Assembly (NCBI RefSeq): GCF_001194135.2
Contig: NC_068985.1
Coordinates: 121,052,587-121,085,597 of the forward strand
Source: Octopus bimaculoides
Lineage: Eukaryota
Length of the DNA: 33,011 nt
Direction of reading: 5' to 3'
This document shows positions 11,258-21,971 of this stretch, in pieces. Under the pieces are notes generated by a model that searched no databases, was not told the origin of the DNA, and was given only the letters and a program-made list of their open reading frames with translations. Numbering within the stretch: the stretch's first letter is position 1; each line of letters begins with the position of its first letter. The translations under genes were made by a program, and so were the position numbers.

Positions 11258-11423
11258 TGATTTCAAATATTGGCACAAGCAATTTCGAGGGAGAGAGTAA
11301 CTCGATGATCGATTCCGTAAGGATGAAAGTTAAAGTCGACCTTGGCGGAATTTGAATTCAAAACGGACGAAATGCCGCCAACCTTTTTGTCCGGCATGCT
11401 AATGATTCTGTTAGCTCGTCGTC
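11258..11423 (-). mobile_element. SINE family A copy
   Basis: tttcaaatattggcacaagc...aaagtcgaccttggcggaatttgaattc...gattctgttagctcgtcgtc. Confidence 0.85.
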
Positions 11424-11427
11424 TTCT

Positions 11428-11600
11428 ATTACAGGCACAGGGCTTGAAATTTTGGATGAGGGGACCTAGTTGATTACATCGACCCCAGTGCGTAACTGGT
11501 ACTTATTTCATCGACCCCGAAAGGATGAAAGGCAAAGTCGGTCAGTGCGTAACTGGTACTTATTTCATCGAAAGGACGATTCTGTTAGCTCGCCGCCTTA
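11428..11600 (-). mobile_element. SINE family A, rearranged copy with internal duplication
   Basis: cagtgcgtaactggtacttatttcatcga occurs twice (about 11488-11516 and 11543-11571); head remnant gattctgttagctcgccgcctt. Confidence 0.8.
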
Positions 11601-11824
11601 AATAATATTAGAATAATAATAAAGAAAATGTTAAGAAAATAGATAAATAAACCTGAAAAGGAAAAAATCAAATTTTAGACTGATTATCCTTATAATAGCT
11701 ATAAACGCTTTAATAGATAACGCATTGCAAATCAGGTAAATTCATTTTCTGGTTGAACGTTGAAATTCGAATAAAGGATATTTTCTTCATTTAGAAAATT
11801 TATACTTATATACATCTAAAACAG

Positions 11825-12121
11825 TGGAGGCGCAATAGCCCAGTGGTTAGGGCAGCGGACTCGCGGTCATAGGATCGCGGTTTCGATTCCCAGACCGGGC
11901 GTTGTGAGTGTTTATTGAGCGAAAACACCTAAAGCTCCACGAGGCTACGGCAAGGGATGGTAGCAAACCCTGCTGTACTCTTTCACCACAACTTTCTCTC
12001 ACTCTTTCTTCTTGTGTCTGTGGAGTGCTCAGTCACTTGCACGTTAATTTCACGAGCAGGCTGTTCCGTTGATCTGATCAGCTGGAACGCTCGACGTCGT
12101 AAGCGACGGAGTGCCAACAAC
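11825..12121 (+). mobile_element. tRNA-derived SINE family C (tRNA-Arg-like head), (CAA) tail
   Basis: ggcgcaatagcccagtggttagggcagcggactcgcggtcataggatcgcggtttcgattcccagacc (A and B boxes, TCG at anticodon position); homologous to 24475-24836; ends gccaacaac. Confidence 0.85.
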
Positions 12122-12649
12122 ACAATATCTAAAACTGTATTCGTACAAAAGACAAAAAATATAAATTTTTAATAGCGTAAACATACATGTAACTGTTTCA
12201 ATCGCAACAAAAACTGATTTCAAAACTATGTTTTATAAATAGATCTATCCACTTTTTTTAAATAAAATATAAAATTGTCAGTAAACTTTTTTAGATATAT
12301 ACAGATTTTAAAAAAAACAATAAATAAAAACAAATACTAGTTATAAATTATAAATTAGGAAATAATTATTAGCTCGGTTGAGAAGAAAGCCAGTAATATA
12401 ACTAGCAAAATATTCTATTTATGAATACCAATCCATACAGAATTACTAAGATTAAAAGACCGCTCTGAATCCATATAAAATTTCAGCAATAAAAACGGAA
12501 GTATTTTTAAGCGAGTAGGCTATGAAGAAATCAACAAAATATCAATTAGAAAAAACAAAACAATTGAAATAAATAAATAGAAATATATTTTACGAAGATA
12601 AAGTTTTTTAAATGGGTAGATTTTATTGACGTGATCACGCGACCGAGTT

Positions 12650-12833
12650 ACATGAGTTTCAGATGTTGTTGCACATCGCTAGTCACAATGCGTTTCTTGC
12701 ATTTTTTTTTAGCCGTTAAATGGCGCCACCCCGCTGGCTGGGCCAGCAGGCCAACACTCCCCACTGATCGAAAGGGAGGGGGCTGGAACAACGTGAAATG
12801 AAGTTTTGCTCAAGAACACAACGCGCATCTTGA
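12650..12833 (-). mobile_element. SINE family B-related fragment
   Basis: Minus strand gttgtgttcttgagcaaaacttcatttcacgttgttccag parallels 5770-5815. Confidence 0.55.
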
Positions 12834-12886
12834 CTTTAAAAAAATAACTGTTTAATAACTAAAACAAATGAAATTAATGCATACTC

Positions 12887-12887
<1 letters not shown>

Positions 12888-12928
<41 letters not shown>

Positions 12929-13316
12929 NNNNNNNNNNNNNNNNNNNNNNNNNNNNNNNNNNNNNNNNNNNNNNNNNNNNNNNNNNNNNNNNNNNNNNNN
13001 NNNNNNNNNNNNNNNNNNNNNNNNNNNNNNNNNNNNNNNNNNNNNNNNNNNNNNNNNNNNNNNNNNNNNNNNNNNNNNNNNNNNNNNNNNNNNNNNNNNN
13101 NNNNNNNNNNNNNNNNNNNNNNNNNNNNNNNNNNNNNNNNNNNNNNNNNNNNNNNNNNNNNNNNNNNNNNNNNNNNNNNNNNNNNNNNNNNNNNNNNNNN
13201 NNNNNNNNNNNNNNNNNNNNNNNNNNNNNNNNNNNNNNNNNNNNNNNNNNNNNNNNNNNNNNNNNNNNNNNNNNNNNNNNNNNNNNNNNNNNNNNNNNNN
13301 NNNNNNNNNNNNNNNN

Positions 13317-13377
<61 letters not shown>
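12888..13377. repeat. (TA)n/(TG)n microsatellite spanning a gap
   Basis: Direct reading; N at 12929-13316. Confidence 0.95.
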
Positions 13378-13385
<8 letters not shown>

Positions 13386-13989
13386 ACACATGCATAAATC
13401 AAAACATAGAAGTTACACCATGCAAATACATCTGTATTGGAACACATATGCGAGCACATATTTGCGCATGCACATCATACATACATACATACGTACATGC
13501 ATACATACATGCATGCACACGCACATACATACATACAGACAGATACAGGTACAGACAACTATAGAAACTAATAAAGAGTCATTTGTAATCTGAAAGATTA
13601 AACTCAAAGAAACAGAAACGTAAGTAAGCATATATTCAATTCAAGTAAACCTCACAAATAGAAACAAAATCGCACATAAAGACATCAGGCATAAAGATAT
13701 ACATACTAGAGGGCGGCTTCTGTTACTTAAGCGTGAGCATGTAATTTTAAAAATTGCAGAAATATAATTGAAGTAGAGGAGATATAACATGTCTCATCTT
13801 TCCAGCTGACTCTCATAAGAATACAAAAATGAACAATTTATGTTAAAATCGGATTTGTTATAAGCATTCATTTATAAATCGTAGGCACGCATTTTATACG
13901 CCGACAGATGCCAGCAACAACTGAAAGAAAATGACTCAGAAATGATCTCTTGCTTGTTTCGTTCATAGGATTGCGGCCATGTTGCAGCC

Positions 13990-14096
13990 AGCTAGCAGAG
14001 TCGTCAGTACGCTGGGCAAAATGCTAAATGGCATTTCGCCCGTCTTTACGTTCTGAGTTCAAATTCCGTCGAGGTCAACTTTGCCTTTCATCCTTT
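13990..14096 (+). mobile_element. SINE family A, 3'-truncated at a (TAT)n tract
   Basis: gctagcagagtcgtcagtacgctgggcaaaatgct...gagttcaaattcc...ttgcctttcatccttt. Confidence 0.85.
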
Positions 14097-14117
14097 ATTA
14101 TTATTATTATTATTATT

Positions 14118-14362
14118 TAATGTTTAACTTTTGCTTTGCATTTGTACAAGTTGGATCCAAGTCTCACCCAGAGACCTCAAGAGACAACAAGTTAGAAGTT
14201 CATGTAGGTGTTATGCCCAGGGTACCATATATTTGGATTTGTACATAGTGTTGTTCTAGAGAATGTTTTAGAAACCATAAGAAAATTATGTGATTGTTTT
14301 AAAATTTGAGATCACATAGACAGTATTTTACGTAGGATATGGGCAGTTCCCATGAGCACTAT
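14118..14362 (-). mobile_element. 3' end of an RLE-type non-LTR retrotransposon (R4/Dong-like) in a (TAA)n tract
   Basis: Minus strand 14362-14312 encodes IVLMGTAHILRKILSM*, resembling the terminal LxGTAxILR motif of R4-clade ORFs, followed by about 190 nt of 3' UTR; (TAA)n on both sides. Confidence 0.7.
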
Positions 14363-14389
14363 TATTATCATTATTATTATTGAGCACAA

Positions 14390-14427
<38 letters not shown>
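14360..14427. repeat. (TAT)n microsatellite
   Basis: Direct reading; second tract at 14096-14117. Confidence 0.9.
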
Positions 14428-14429
<2 letters not shown>

Positions 14430-15098
14430 GACATGGCGGTAACAAAAACAATAATATATAGTTAGACGTACACACAAATTTGCAGACAAGCACACACATA
14501 ATACCTTCGTTAACAGATAATCGAAGTTTCGTTGTTGTATACATTATTGTAATTGTTTTCAAGTTTCTTATTCATATCGTAAAGATAAATGTAATAAAAA
14601 ACTCTATACTTACCACACAACCACTCCTGCGCCTATATATATGTACATATTTCATACATATGTGTATATGTGTGTGTGTGTGCATATAAGAGTTTCCTTG
14701 CAAATAGCAGTGACTATAGAAGACTAATGAATAACAAAGACTATAAGTGTTTACAAATTAGATCATTTTCTTCATTTCTGAGTATGATAAATGCATAATC
14801 TGCATTTCATGCCGAAAGTCTGCACTCTATAAATAGCGAGTGGCTAAGTGTTTGTGATGTACCACCAAACTCATATCGCTCATAAATATCTAGTGAACAA
14901 TGAAGATATATAAAGGAAAAAACAAGAAGGAGATTAACAACATAATTAAATGATGGAGTTAAAGGTAATTCTAAGAATGTGATATATATTAAAAATGGCG
15001 TACTCGTTAAATACGGTAAACAAATTTTGTAGCATTATATTTAAAGATACATTAGTTCACAAACTTATATATGTAGGCACACATAGAGCTCGGCACGG

Positions 15099-15784
15099 AT
15101 TTGAAAGAGTAACACTTCATATTCCACAAAAATATTATGCATGAATATGGTTCTTGTGAACTTGAAGTGTATGATAATAGTTTCAAATGTTGGAGTGAGG
15201 CCAGCAAGCTTGGGGCAGGGGGTAAGTAGATTACATCGACTCCAGTAATCAACTGTTACTTATTTTATTGACCCCGAAAGGATGAACTGCAAACTTGCTC
15301 TCAGCGGAATTTGAACTCTAAACGTGAAGACGGACGAAATGCTAACGCGTGCTAACGATTCTACCAGCATGCTGCCTAAAGAGGATGTTAATATTAGCAC
15401 GATATATTGTGTCTTTTGTACTCATGTCTGTTACATCACGTGATATCCACAAGGTTATGCTTCTATACACACAAGCATAAGTGTACCTGCATACATTCAT
15501 GCGCACGTACAATTATCTCTCCATCCATTTATACACATATACATCTCTCATTACATACATACATACACTGATAGATCTTGCGGTTAGTTAGTGCAAAACT
15601 CACTTCTTGGTTAACCTCCCATATGAACTCATAAATCTGAAAGAGTAACACTTTGAATACCATAAAAATGTTATGCATGAGTATGTTTCTTGTAATCTTG
15701 AAGGGGATCATAATATCAACATGAAGTGTAGCGTCTCTTGGACTCATGACTGTTACATCACGTCATTATTTGAAGGTTACGCTT
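15099..15784. repeat. Diverged direct duplication (15099-15167 plus 15378-15462 versus 15635-15784)
   Basis: First block matches at 58/69 by hand; second block shares ctcatg-ctgttacatcacgt and aaggtta-gctt. Confidence 0.8.
15178..15377 (-). mobile_element. SINE family A, near full length
   Basis: tttcaaatgttgg...gattacatcgactccag...gaccccgaaaggatgaa...gtgctaacgattctaccagc. Confidence 0.88.
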
Positions 15785-15963
15785 TGGCAATCCAAGAGCG
15801 GGTGATAGCTACGAAATATCTAATAAACATAAAAAAATGTCGGTACAAACATGCCGCATAATGCACGCAAATAAACTTGCTATCCACCTACATTCATATA
15901 CTCCCAACTTACTTATATCGATCAATGCACATACACATGTTTCTGAAAATGCACACATAATAT

Positions 15964-15967
<4 letters not shown>

Positions 15968-16029
<62 letters not shown>

Positions 16030-16317
16030 GCTTATACATACACACACAAACATACAATGTATCAATGTACGTAAATATATCCTCTTTTTATCTATACTTT
16101 TTTTAGACTTATATTAGCTTAAGGCTGTGTTCTTATACACGCACTTGTATGTATAGATTCTTATATGCACACACATATTTACGCATGTGTATGCATATAT
16201 AAACATAGAGATACACGTATATAGACTCAAACAAATGCTTACACATTTATATGTACATACATATATAAACAACCATATGCACCTACTACATATACACAGG
16301 CACACGCATACATATAC

Positions 16318-16391
<74 letters not shown>
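15968..16391. repeat. Two long (TA)n microsatellites (15968-16027, 16323-16391) in TA/CA-rich sequence
   Basis: Direct reading. Confidence 0.9.
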
Positions 16392-16395
<4 letters not shown>

Positions 16396-17256
16396 GTAAA
16401 TATAAACTCTCATTCGTTCAAGTACAGAGTGCATATACAAATCCATCCAAACAGATATAATTCGACACACTAACTTTCACATCCATCCACATACTGTGTT
16501 ATGCATATTAAGCCAAATTATTTGAAACATTCGCATACTTCTTAACAATGTACACATAATTACTACCTATAGAAACGTAAACATAAATACATAGGGAGTC
16601 TCTCTAGCTCTGCAAAAAGTAATTTTCTGAGTAATTTTACAAGGAAAAGACAATGCTGGTTATTGTTATATATTGGTTGATTGCATTGGTTTGAAATGCC
16701 AAAGTAGTTTGTACGTTTTGTGTAAGCATATAGACATTAGCTTAGAGATGTTGTAAACTAGTTTGGTGAAGGTAGTTATGTAGAATCTCAAGTGATTTGG
16801 TGCTGCATAGTTCGCAGACTTACGGTTACCAGAAAAAGGTTGGCTTAGTTAACTAAGACATTTCTGTGATTTACAATTACATTCCTTCTCAGGAGAAAAA
16901 AAAATCATTAACTAGGTTTTCCTTCGGTGTAAACCAATAAGAACGACAATCCACCAAAGTATGATTAATTAAAAATATATGCCAAATACTAAGTTCAGCT
17001 GATGAAGTCTAATAAGAATCAAACACAACCGGAGTTGTTCCCATATTTCCCAGATCAGACTTTCTATCGCAAAATTGTTAATGTAAATTTCATTTTTGAG
17101 ATAGTCTCCCTTACATTTTTTTTTTAATGGATTTAATTATTAAACTAGTGGTTCTACGTTCTGAATGCAAATGTAATATTTCATGGTTCGCTACTTCATG
17201 TCTGAAAGCACCGATTAATAAATGTTGTTTTGACTGATTGGAAAGAATACACAAAG

Positions 17257-17257
<1 letters not shown>

Positions 17258-17297
<40 letters not shown>
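17258..17297. repeat. (GATA)n microsatellite
   Basis: Direct reading. Confidence 0.95.
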
Positions 17298-17298
<1 letters not shown>

Positions 17299-17378
17299 GC
17301 TATAATGCACATATATATGTATATGCAAATACATCCGCAGGCATATATACACATATATACACATATATACATGTGACT

Positions 17379-17710
17379 GCGTGGCAGTGTAGTAAGAAAC
17401 TTGTTCCGGGTAAACTAAAGCTTCGGGATGACCAAAGCCTTGTGAGTGGGTTTGTATGTATGTATGTATGTATGTATGTATGTATGTATGTATGTGTCGT
17501 TGTGTCTGTGTTTGTCACTCACCAGCGCTTGACAACCGATGTCGGTGTGCTTACGTCCCCGTGACCTAGCGATTCGGCAAATGTAACCGATAAAATAAGT
17601 ACTAGGCTTTAAAAAAAAGTCTTGGCTCGACTTGTTCGACTAAAACCCTTCAAGGTGGTGCTCCAGCATTGCCTCAGTCAAATGACTGAGGCAAGTAAAA
17701 GACTAAAAGA
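17379..17710 (+). mobile_element. SINE family D with internal (TATG)n; head partly deleted
   Basis: gaccaaagccttgtgagtgg...cgcttgacaaccgatg...gttcgactaaaaccc...ggtgctccagca...taaaaga tail. Confidence 0.85.
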
Positions 17711-18271
17711 CTGTGTTTGTATTTTATATGAGACATTCGTGTGTTTCGTTGTTTTCAGCCACTTCTTCACTCCCCACCTCTCTCTCCCTCTCCCTCTCTC
17801 TCTCTCCCCCTCTCTTTCTCTCCCTCTCTCTCTCCCCCTCTTTTTCTCTCTCTCTCTCCTACACGTTCACTGTCGGTATGACTACATAACTTATAATCTC
17901 ATCAAACGCTAATAATCAATACTGCAGATTAGTATACGGTCTGATTATGACGAACCACTACCAATATCAATCTATATATTCCTATAGATTATATCCATAT
18001 ATTTTCGCCCAGTCTGCTGGAAATAACAACCAAATTTCACGTAAATGATACCTTGCTATCTTGAATAGAGACTCAATAAATGATGCTGTCTAAGACACTC
18101 CTAAAACGTTTGGCCGGTCAGGGTTTAATAAAGTATGACTCATGACTGATATGGTCACGTGAAAGTCCTCTATCTTGTCAAATTTTACGACCATTTATCA
18201 CAAGTAGCAGCTGCTCTGACTGCCAGCATACATGTATACGCATCTTAATCACAGTAAATCGAAATATGAGT

Positions 18272-18272
<1 letters not shown>

Positions 18273-18306
<34 letters not shown>

Positions 18307-18421
18307 ACACACACACACGCACGCACGCACACACACACGCACACACACACACGCACGCAGGTACGCACATACACACGAACACCGCATGCGCACACATATA
18401 CATACATACATATATATATAC

Positions 18422-18464
<43 letters not shown>

Positions 18465-18465
18465 A
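18273..18465. repeat. Compound (CA)n/(CACG)n/(TA)n microsatellite
   Basis: Direct reading. Confidence 0.9.
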
Positions 18466-18479
18466 CATTTATATATATA

Positions 18480-18606
18480 CGAACCACGTGGTTTCGGGTT
18501 CAGTCCCACTGCGCGGCACTTCGGGCAAGTGTCTTCTACTATAGCCTCGAACCGACCAAAGCCTTGTAAGTGGATTTGGTAGATGGAAACTGAAAGAAGC
18601 CCGTCG

Positions 18607-18637
<31 letters not shown>

Positions 18638-18722
18638 CTGTATTTGTGTGTTTGACCCCCACCATCGCTTGACAACCGATGTTGGTGTGTTTACGTCCCT
18701 GTAAGCTAGCGGTTCGACAAAT
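18480..18722 (+). mobile_element. SINE family D, truncated at both ends, internal (TG)n
   Basis: aaccacgtggtttcgggttcagtcccactgcg...gggcaagtgtcttctactatagcc...gaaagaagcccgtcgtata. Confidence 0.88.
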
Positions 18723-18765
18723 GGAGCCCATATATATGTGTGTATTGTATGTAGATAAATAGATA

Positions 18766-18766
18766 A

Positions 18767-18847
<81 letters not shown>

Positions 18848-18852
18848 TAGAC

Positions 18853-18902
<50 letters not shown>
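18766..18902. repeat. (AGAC)n grading into (AGAT)n
   Basis: Direct reading. Confidence 0.95.
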
Positions 18903-18903
<1 letters not shown>

Positions 18904-19009
18904 ATCCCAGTATATAAAATGTCCCAACAAATTTGAAATTGCGATATTCAATTCGTAACCACCTTTTCCTCGCCACACACACCACACATACATACACTGG
19001 TCTACCTCC

Positions 19010-19162
19010 CTTTCTCTCTCTCTCTCTCTTTCTCTTTCTTTCTCTCTTTCTCTCTCTTTCTCTCTCTCTCTCTTGCTCTCTCTCTCTCTTTCTCTTTCTT
19101 TCTCTCTCTCTCTCACTCTCTCTTTCTCTTTCTCACTCTCTCACTCTCTCTCTCTCTTTCTC

Positions 19163-19197
<35 letters not shown>

Positions 19198-19220
19198 TTC
19201 TCTCTCTCTCTCTCTCTCCC
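19010..19220. repeat. Imperfect (CT)n polypyrimidine tract
   Basis: Direct reading. Confidence 0.9.
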
Positions 19221-19857
19221 TTTCCTTCTCGCTCTTACTCTCACACCTTATCTCTATTTCTTTCTCTCCATTTCATTCTCATTTTTATTGTTTGCTTTCC
19301 GTGAATTACAGTAATACTAAAGACAACGTGTTTCCTTATACAGAATTAATTAACTTTTTTAATGTATTTTCTAAGAGGTGTTGAAAATAATTGTTGTAAT
19401 GTAATAATTGCTTTCTTAAGCAGACACAATGTAATACCATTTAACTGCAAAGATCACATTTGCAGATGTGATAAACAAGCATTTTAACCGGTCGTTTAAA
19501 TAACATCAATCGCAATACCAGTAATGAAAGTGGTAACCTGGATGCAATAAAGAATTTAAACTAGTTTGACGTGCCAATGAGAGTTTCACAATGTGGCCGC
19601 TTGACGAGGTAGAAATACCAGCCAAATCTCTTACAAATTACATTCTACCTCGTTAAAGGAAAGAATATATTTTGTCCTTGGTACAAAAAGCTCTGTGAAA
19701 CCCACGGCTGCAATACTTTTATTAAACTCGTTGGGTGTGTCTACGTGGTCGCCCGATCAAGAAAAAATAACGGGCATACTCCTGCAAATCACACACTACC
19801 GTCTGGATTCATTGGAAAATATTACCCTGGATGCACAAAAATTGGGACAGTATACAT

Positions 19858-20066
19858 ATAACCATTTAACGTTCAGATTACACTGTCAAATGTAATGCTT
19901 ATTTATTCACATTGTTTTGAATTAATTATGCATTATCTCGTAGCTTCGAGATTTTGACGTTGTGATTGTTTTTAGAATGACATTGTAAGAGGCTAGATTT
20001 GGTCTGGTTGAACATAGAACAAATAGACCGAATTTTATATGGTCAGTTTAAATGCTAAACATTACT
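19858..20066. mobile_element. Possible decayed MITE with piggyBac-like (TTAA-CCC) ends
   Basis: Ends taaccatttaacgttcag and tttaaatgctaaac are only weakly complementary; the call leans on memory of a similar octopus repeat. Confidence 0.3.
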
Positions 20067-20330
20067 AAATCAGGGCAGTGGATCAGGAAGGGACTGCAAC
20101 TAACAATAAATATTACATATCGGTTTCTATATATCGTCAAATTACTCTAATTCATTGAGAAAGTAATATACTTTGTTCATGCCTGTCTTTGTGCAAGGCG
20201 TTAGGCTAATAGGCTAAGAGAAGAATCTTCAAATAGGAAAACTCTTAGATTACAATTCCAGCTTACATATATCTTTCTGTTGTAGGAAGCTTTGCAATAT
20301 TCTTCATCCTAACAAGTGTAAATATTATAT

Positions 20331-20470
20331 ATGGGAGAATATACAAAAAATAACAACAGACGAGGACAGGTGGTGTAAATAACAAAAGTATATATTAGTA
20401 TGACGCTCGGGAATACGGAAAGTCTTTGACGTTTCGAGCTACGCTCTTCAACAGAAAGAATACGGAGACA
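20331..20470 (-). mobile_element. Family E hammerhead-bearing element with 10-bp TSD
   Basis: AATATTATAT at 20321-20330 and 20471-20480; body is the reverse complement of 22467-22604 with one substitution by eye. Confidence 0.85.
20423..20459 (-). ncRNA. Variant minimal type-I hammerhead motif, family E
   Basis: Minus strand TCTTT CTGTTGA A GAGC gta GCTC GAAAC GTC AAAGA. Confidence 0.65.
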
Positions 20471-20928
20471 AATATTATATACATATATACATACACACAC
20501 TTTACAGAGGGCTCTATCTTTGTTTCGTTTTCTCTTTCATTTTCTCTCTCCCTCTCCCTTCCTCTGTCTACCTCTCTCTTTTTCTTTCTCTCTTACTCTC
20601 ATACGTCTATATCTCTTTCTATGCNNNNNNNNNNNNNNNNNNNNNNNNNNNNNNNNNNNNNNNNNNNNNNNNNNNNNNNNNNNNNNNNNNNNNNNNNNNN
20701 NNNNNNNNNNNNNNNNNNNNNNNNNNNNNNNNNNNNNNNNNNNNNNNNNNNNNNNNNNNNNNNNNNNNNNNNNNNNNNNNNNNNNNNNNNNNNNNNNNNN
20801 NNNNNNNNNNNNNNNNNNNNNNNNNNNNNNNNNNNNNNNNNNNNNNNNNNNNNNNNNNNNNNTTGTAGGAAGCTTTGCAATATTCTTCATCCTAACAAGT
20901 GTAAATATTATATACATATATACATACA

Positions 20929-21140
20929 GGCTCCGAGCTGGCAGAATCGGTAGCACGCCAGGCGAAATGCTTAGCGGTATTTTGTCTATCTTTACGTTCT
21001 GAGTTCAAATGCCGCCGAAGTCGACTTTTCATCCTTTCGGGGTCGATAAATTAAGTACCAATGAAATACTGGGGTCGATACAATCGACTCATCTCCTCAC
21101 CCAAATGGCTGCCCTTGAGGCAAAATTTGAAGCCATTATT
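20929..21140 (+). mobile_element. SINE family A, full length
   Basis: gagctggcagaatcggtagcacgcc...gagttcaaatgcc...tcatcctttcggggtcgataaattaagtacc...aaaatttgaagcc. Confidence 0.92.
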
Positions 21141-21145
21141 TTATA

Positions 21146-21509
21146 GGCACAGTAGTGGCTGTGTGATAAGTAGCTTGCTTACTAACCACATGGTTCCGTG
21201 TTCAGTCCCACTGCGTGGCACCTTGGGCAAGTGTTTTTTATTATAGCCTCGAGCCGACCAGAGCTTTGTGAGTGAATTTGGTAGATGGAAACTGAAAGAA
21301 GCCTGTCGCATATATTGTGTGTCTGTGTCCGCCACCATCGTTCGACAACTGATGCTGGTGTGTTTACGTCCCTGTAAATTAGTGACTTAGCAAAAGAGAC
21401 CGCTAGAATAAGTACTTGGCTTACAAAATATAAGCCCTGGGGTCAATTTGTTCGACTAAATGCGGTGTTGTAGCATGGCCGCAGTAAAATCACTGAAACA
21501 AATAAAAGG
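21146..21509 (+). mobile_element. SINE family D, full length
   Basis: gtggctgtgtgataag...gttcagtcccactgcgtggcaccttgggcaagtg...ggggtcaatttgttcgactaaa...aaataaaagga. Confidence 0.9.
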
Positions 21510-21858
21510 ATATTTACGTCATAAGAACTTAGAAACTTCGTGAAAGTGTGAAATAATTCGTTTTTAAATTTTGAGCATGGAGTAGATAAAGCTATAAATA
21601 ATAACATGTAATTATTGAGCTGCCCGTGGGACTCAAACTCACATCTTCTGCAAGCATGACGTAGTAGAACAGAAGATGTGGCTTCGAGTCTCACGGACTT
21701 TTTCTTCCAATATCCCAATATCCAATACTTCTACTGTATTATTTATAGTTTTATCTATTTAAAGTTTCTCTATCTAGTTCAGTTTTATATTTAAGAAGTG
21801 AGGAATTATGTACATTATTTACAACTGACAGATATTTGTCCTCATCTTGTTTGTTGTT

Positions 21859-21904
21859 GACACAAAGTTTCGGCTGATATACCGTCCGGACTTCATCAGG
21901 TGTC
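21859..21904 (-). ncRNA. Family F hammerhead motif, decayed
   Basis: Minus strand GACAC CTGATGA A GTCCG gacggtatat CAGCC GAAAC TTT GTGTC. Core intact, but two stem II mismatches and the GUU triplet reads UUU. Confidence 0.6.
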
Positions 21905-21925
21905 TTGGGTTCGAAATTTCTCCAA

Positions 21926-21971
21926 GACACCTGAAGAAGTTTGGAGGGCATATCAGCCGAAACGTTGTGTC
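21926..21971 (+). ncRNA. Family F minimal type-I hammerhead motif, intact catalytic core
   Basis: GACAC CTGAAGA A GTTTG gagggcatat CAGCC GAAAC GTT GTGTC. Perfect stem I, one stem II mismatch, predicted cleavage after 21966. Confidence 0.78.

Noticed and set aside
11825-11900. tRNA-like sequences (also 5815-5881, 24765-24836 and the A and D heads)
   Set aside because: SINE heads continuing into repeat bodies, without a proper acceptor stem; not tRNA genes.
16999-17025. CTGATGAAGTC hammerhead-like start
   Set aside because: No GAAA box after a closable stem II and no stem I pairing.
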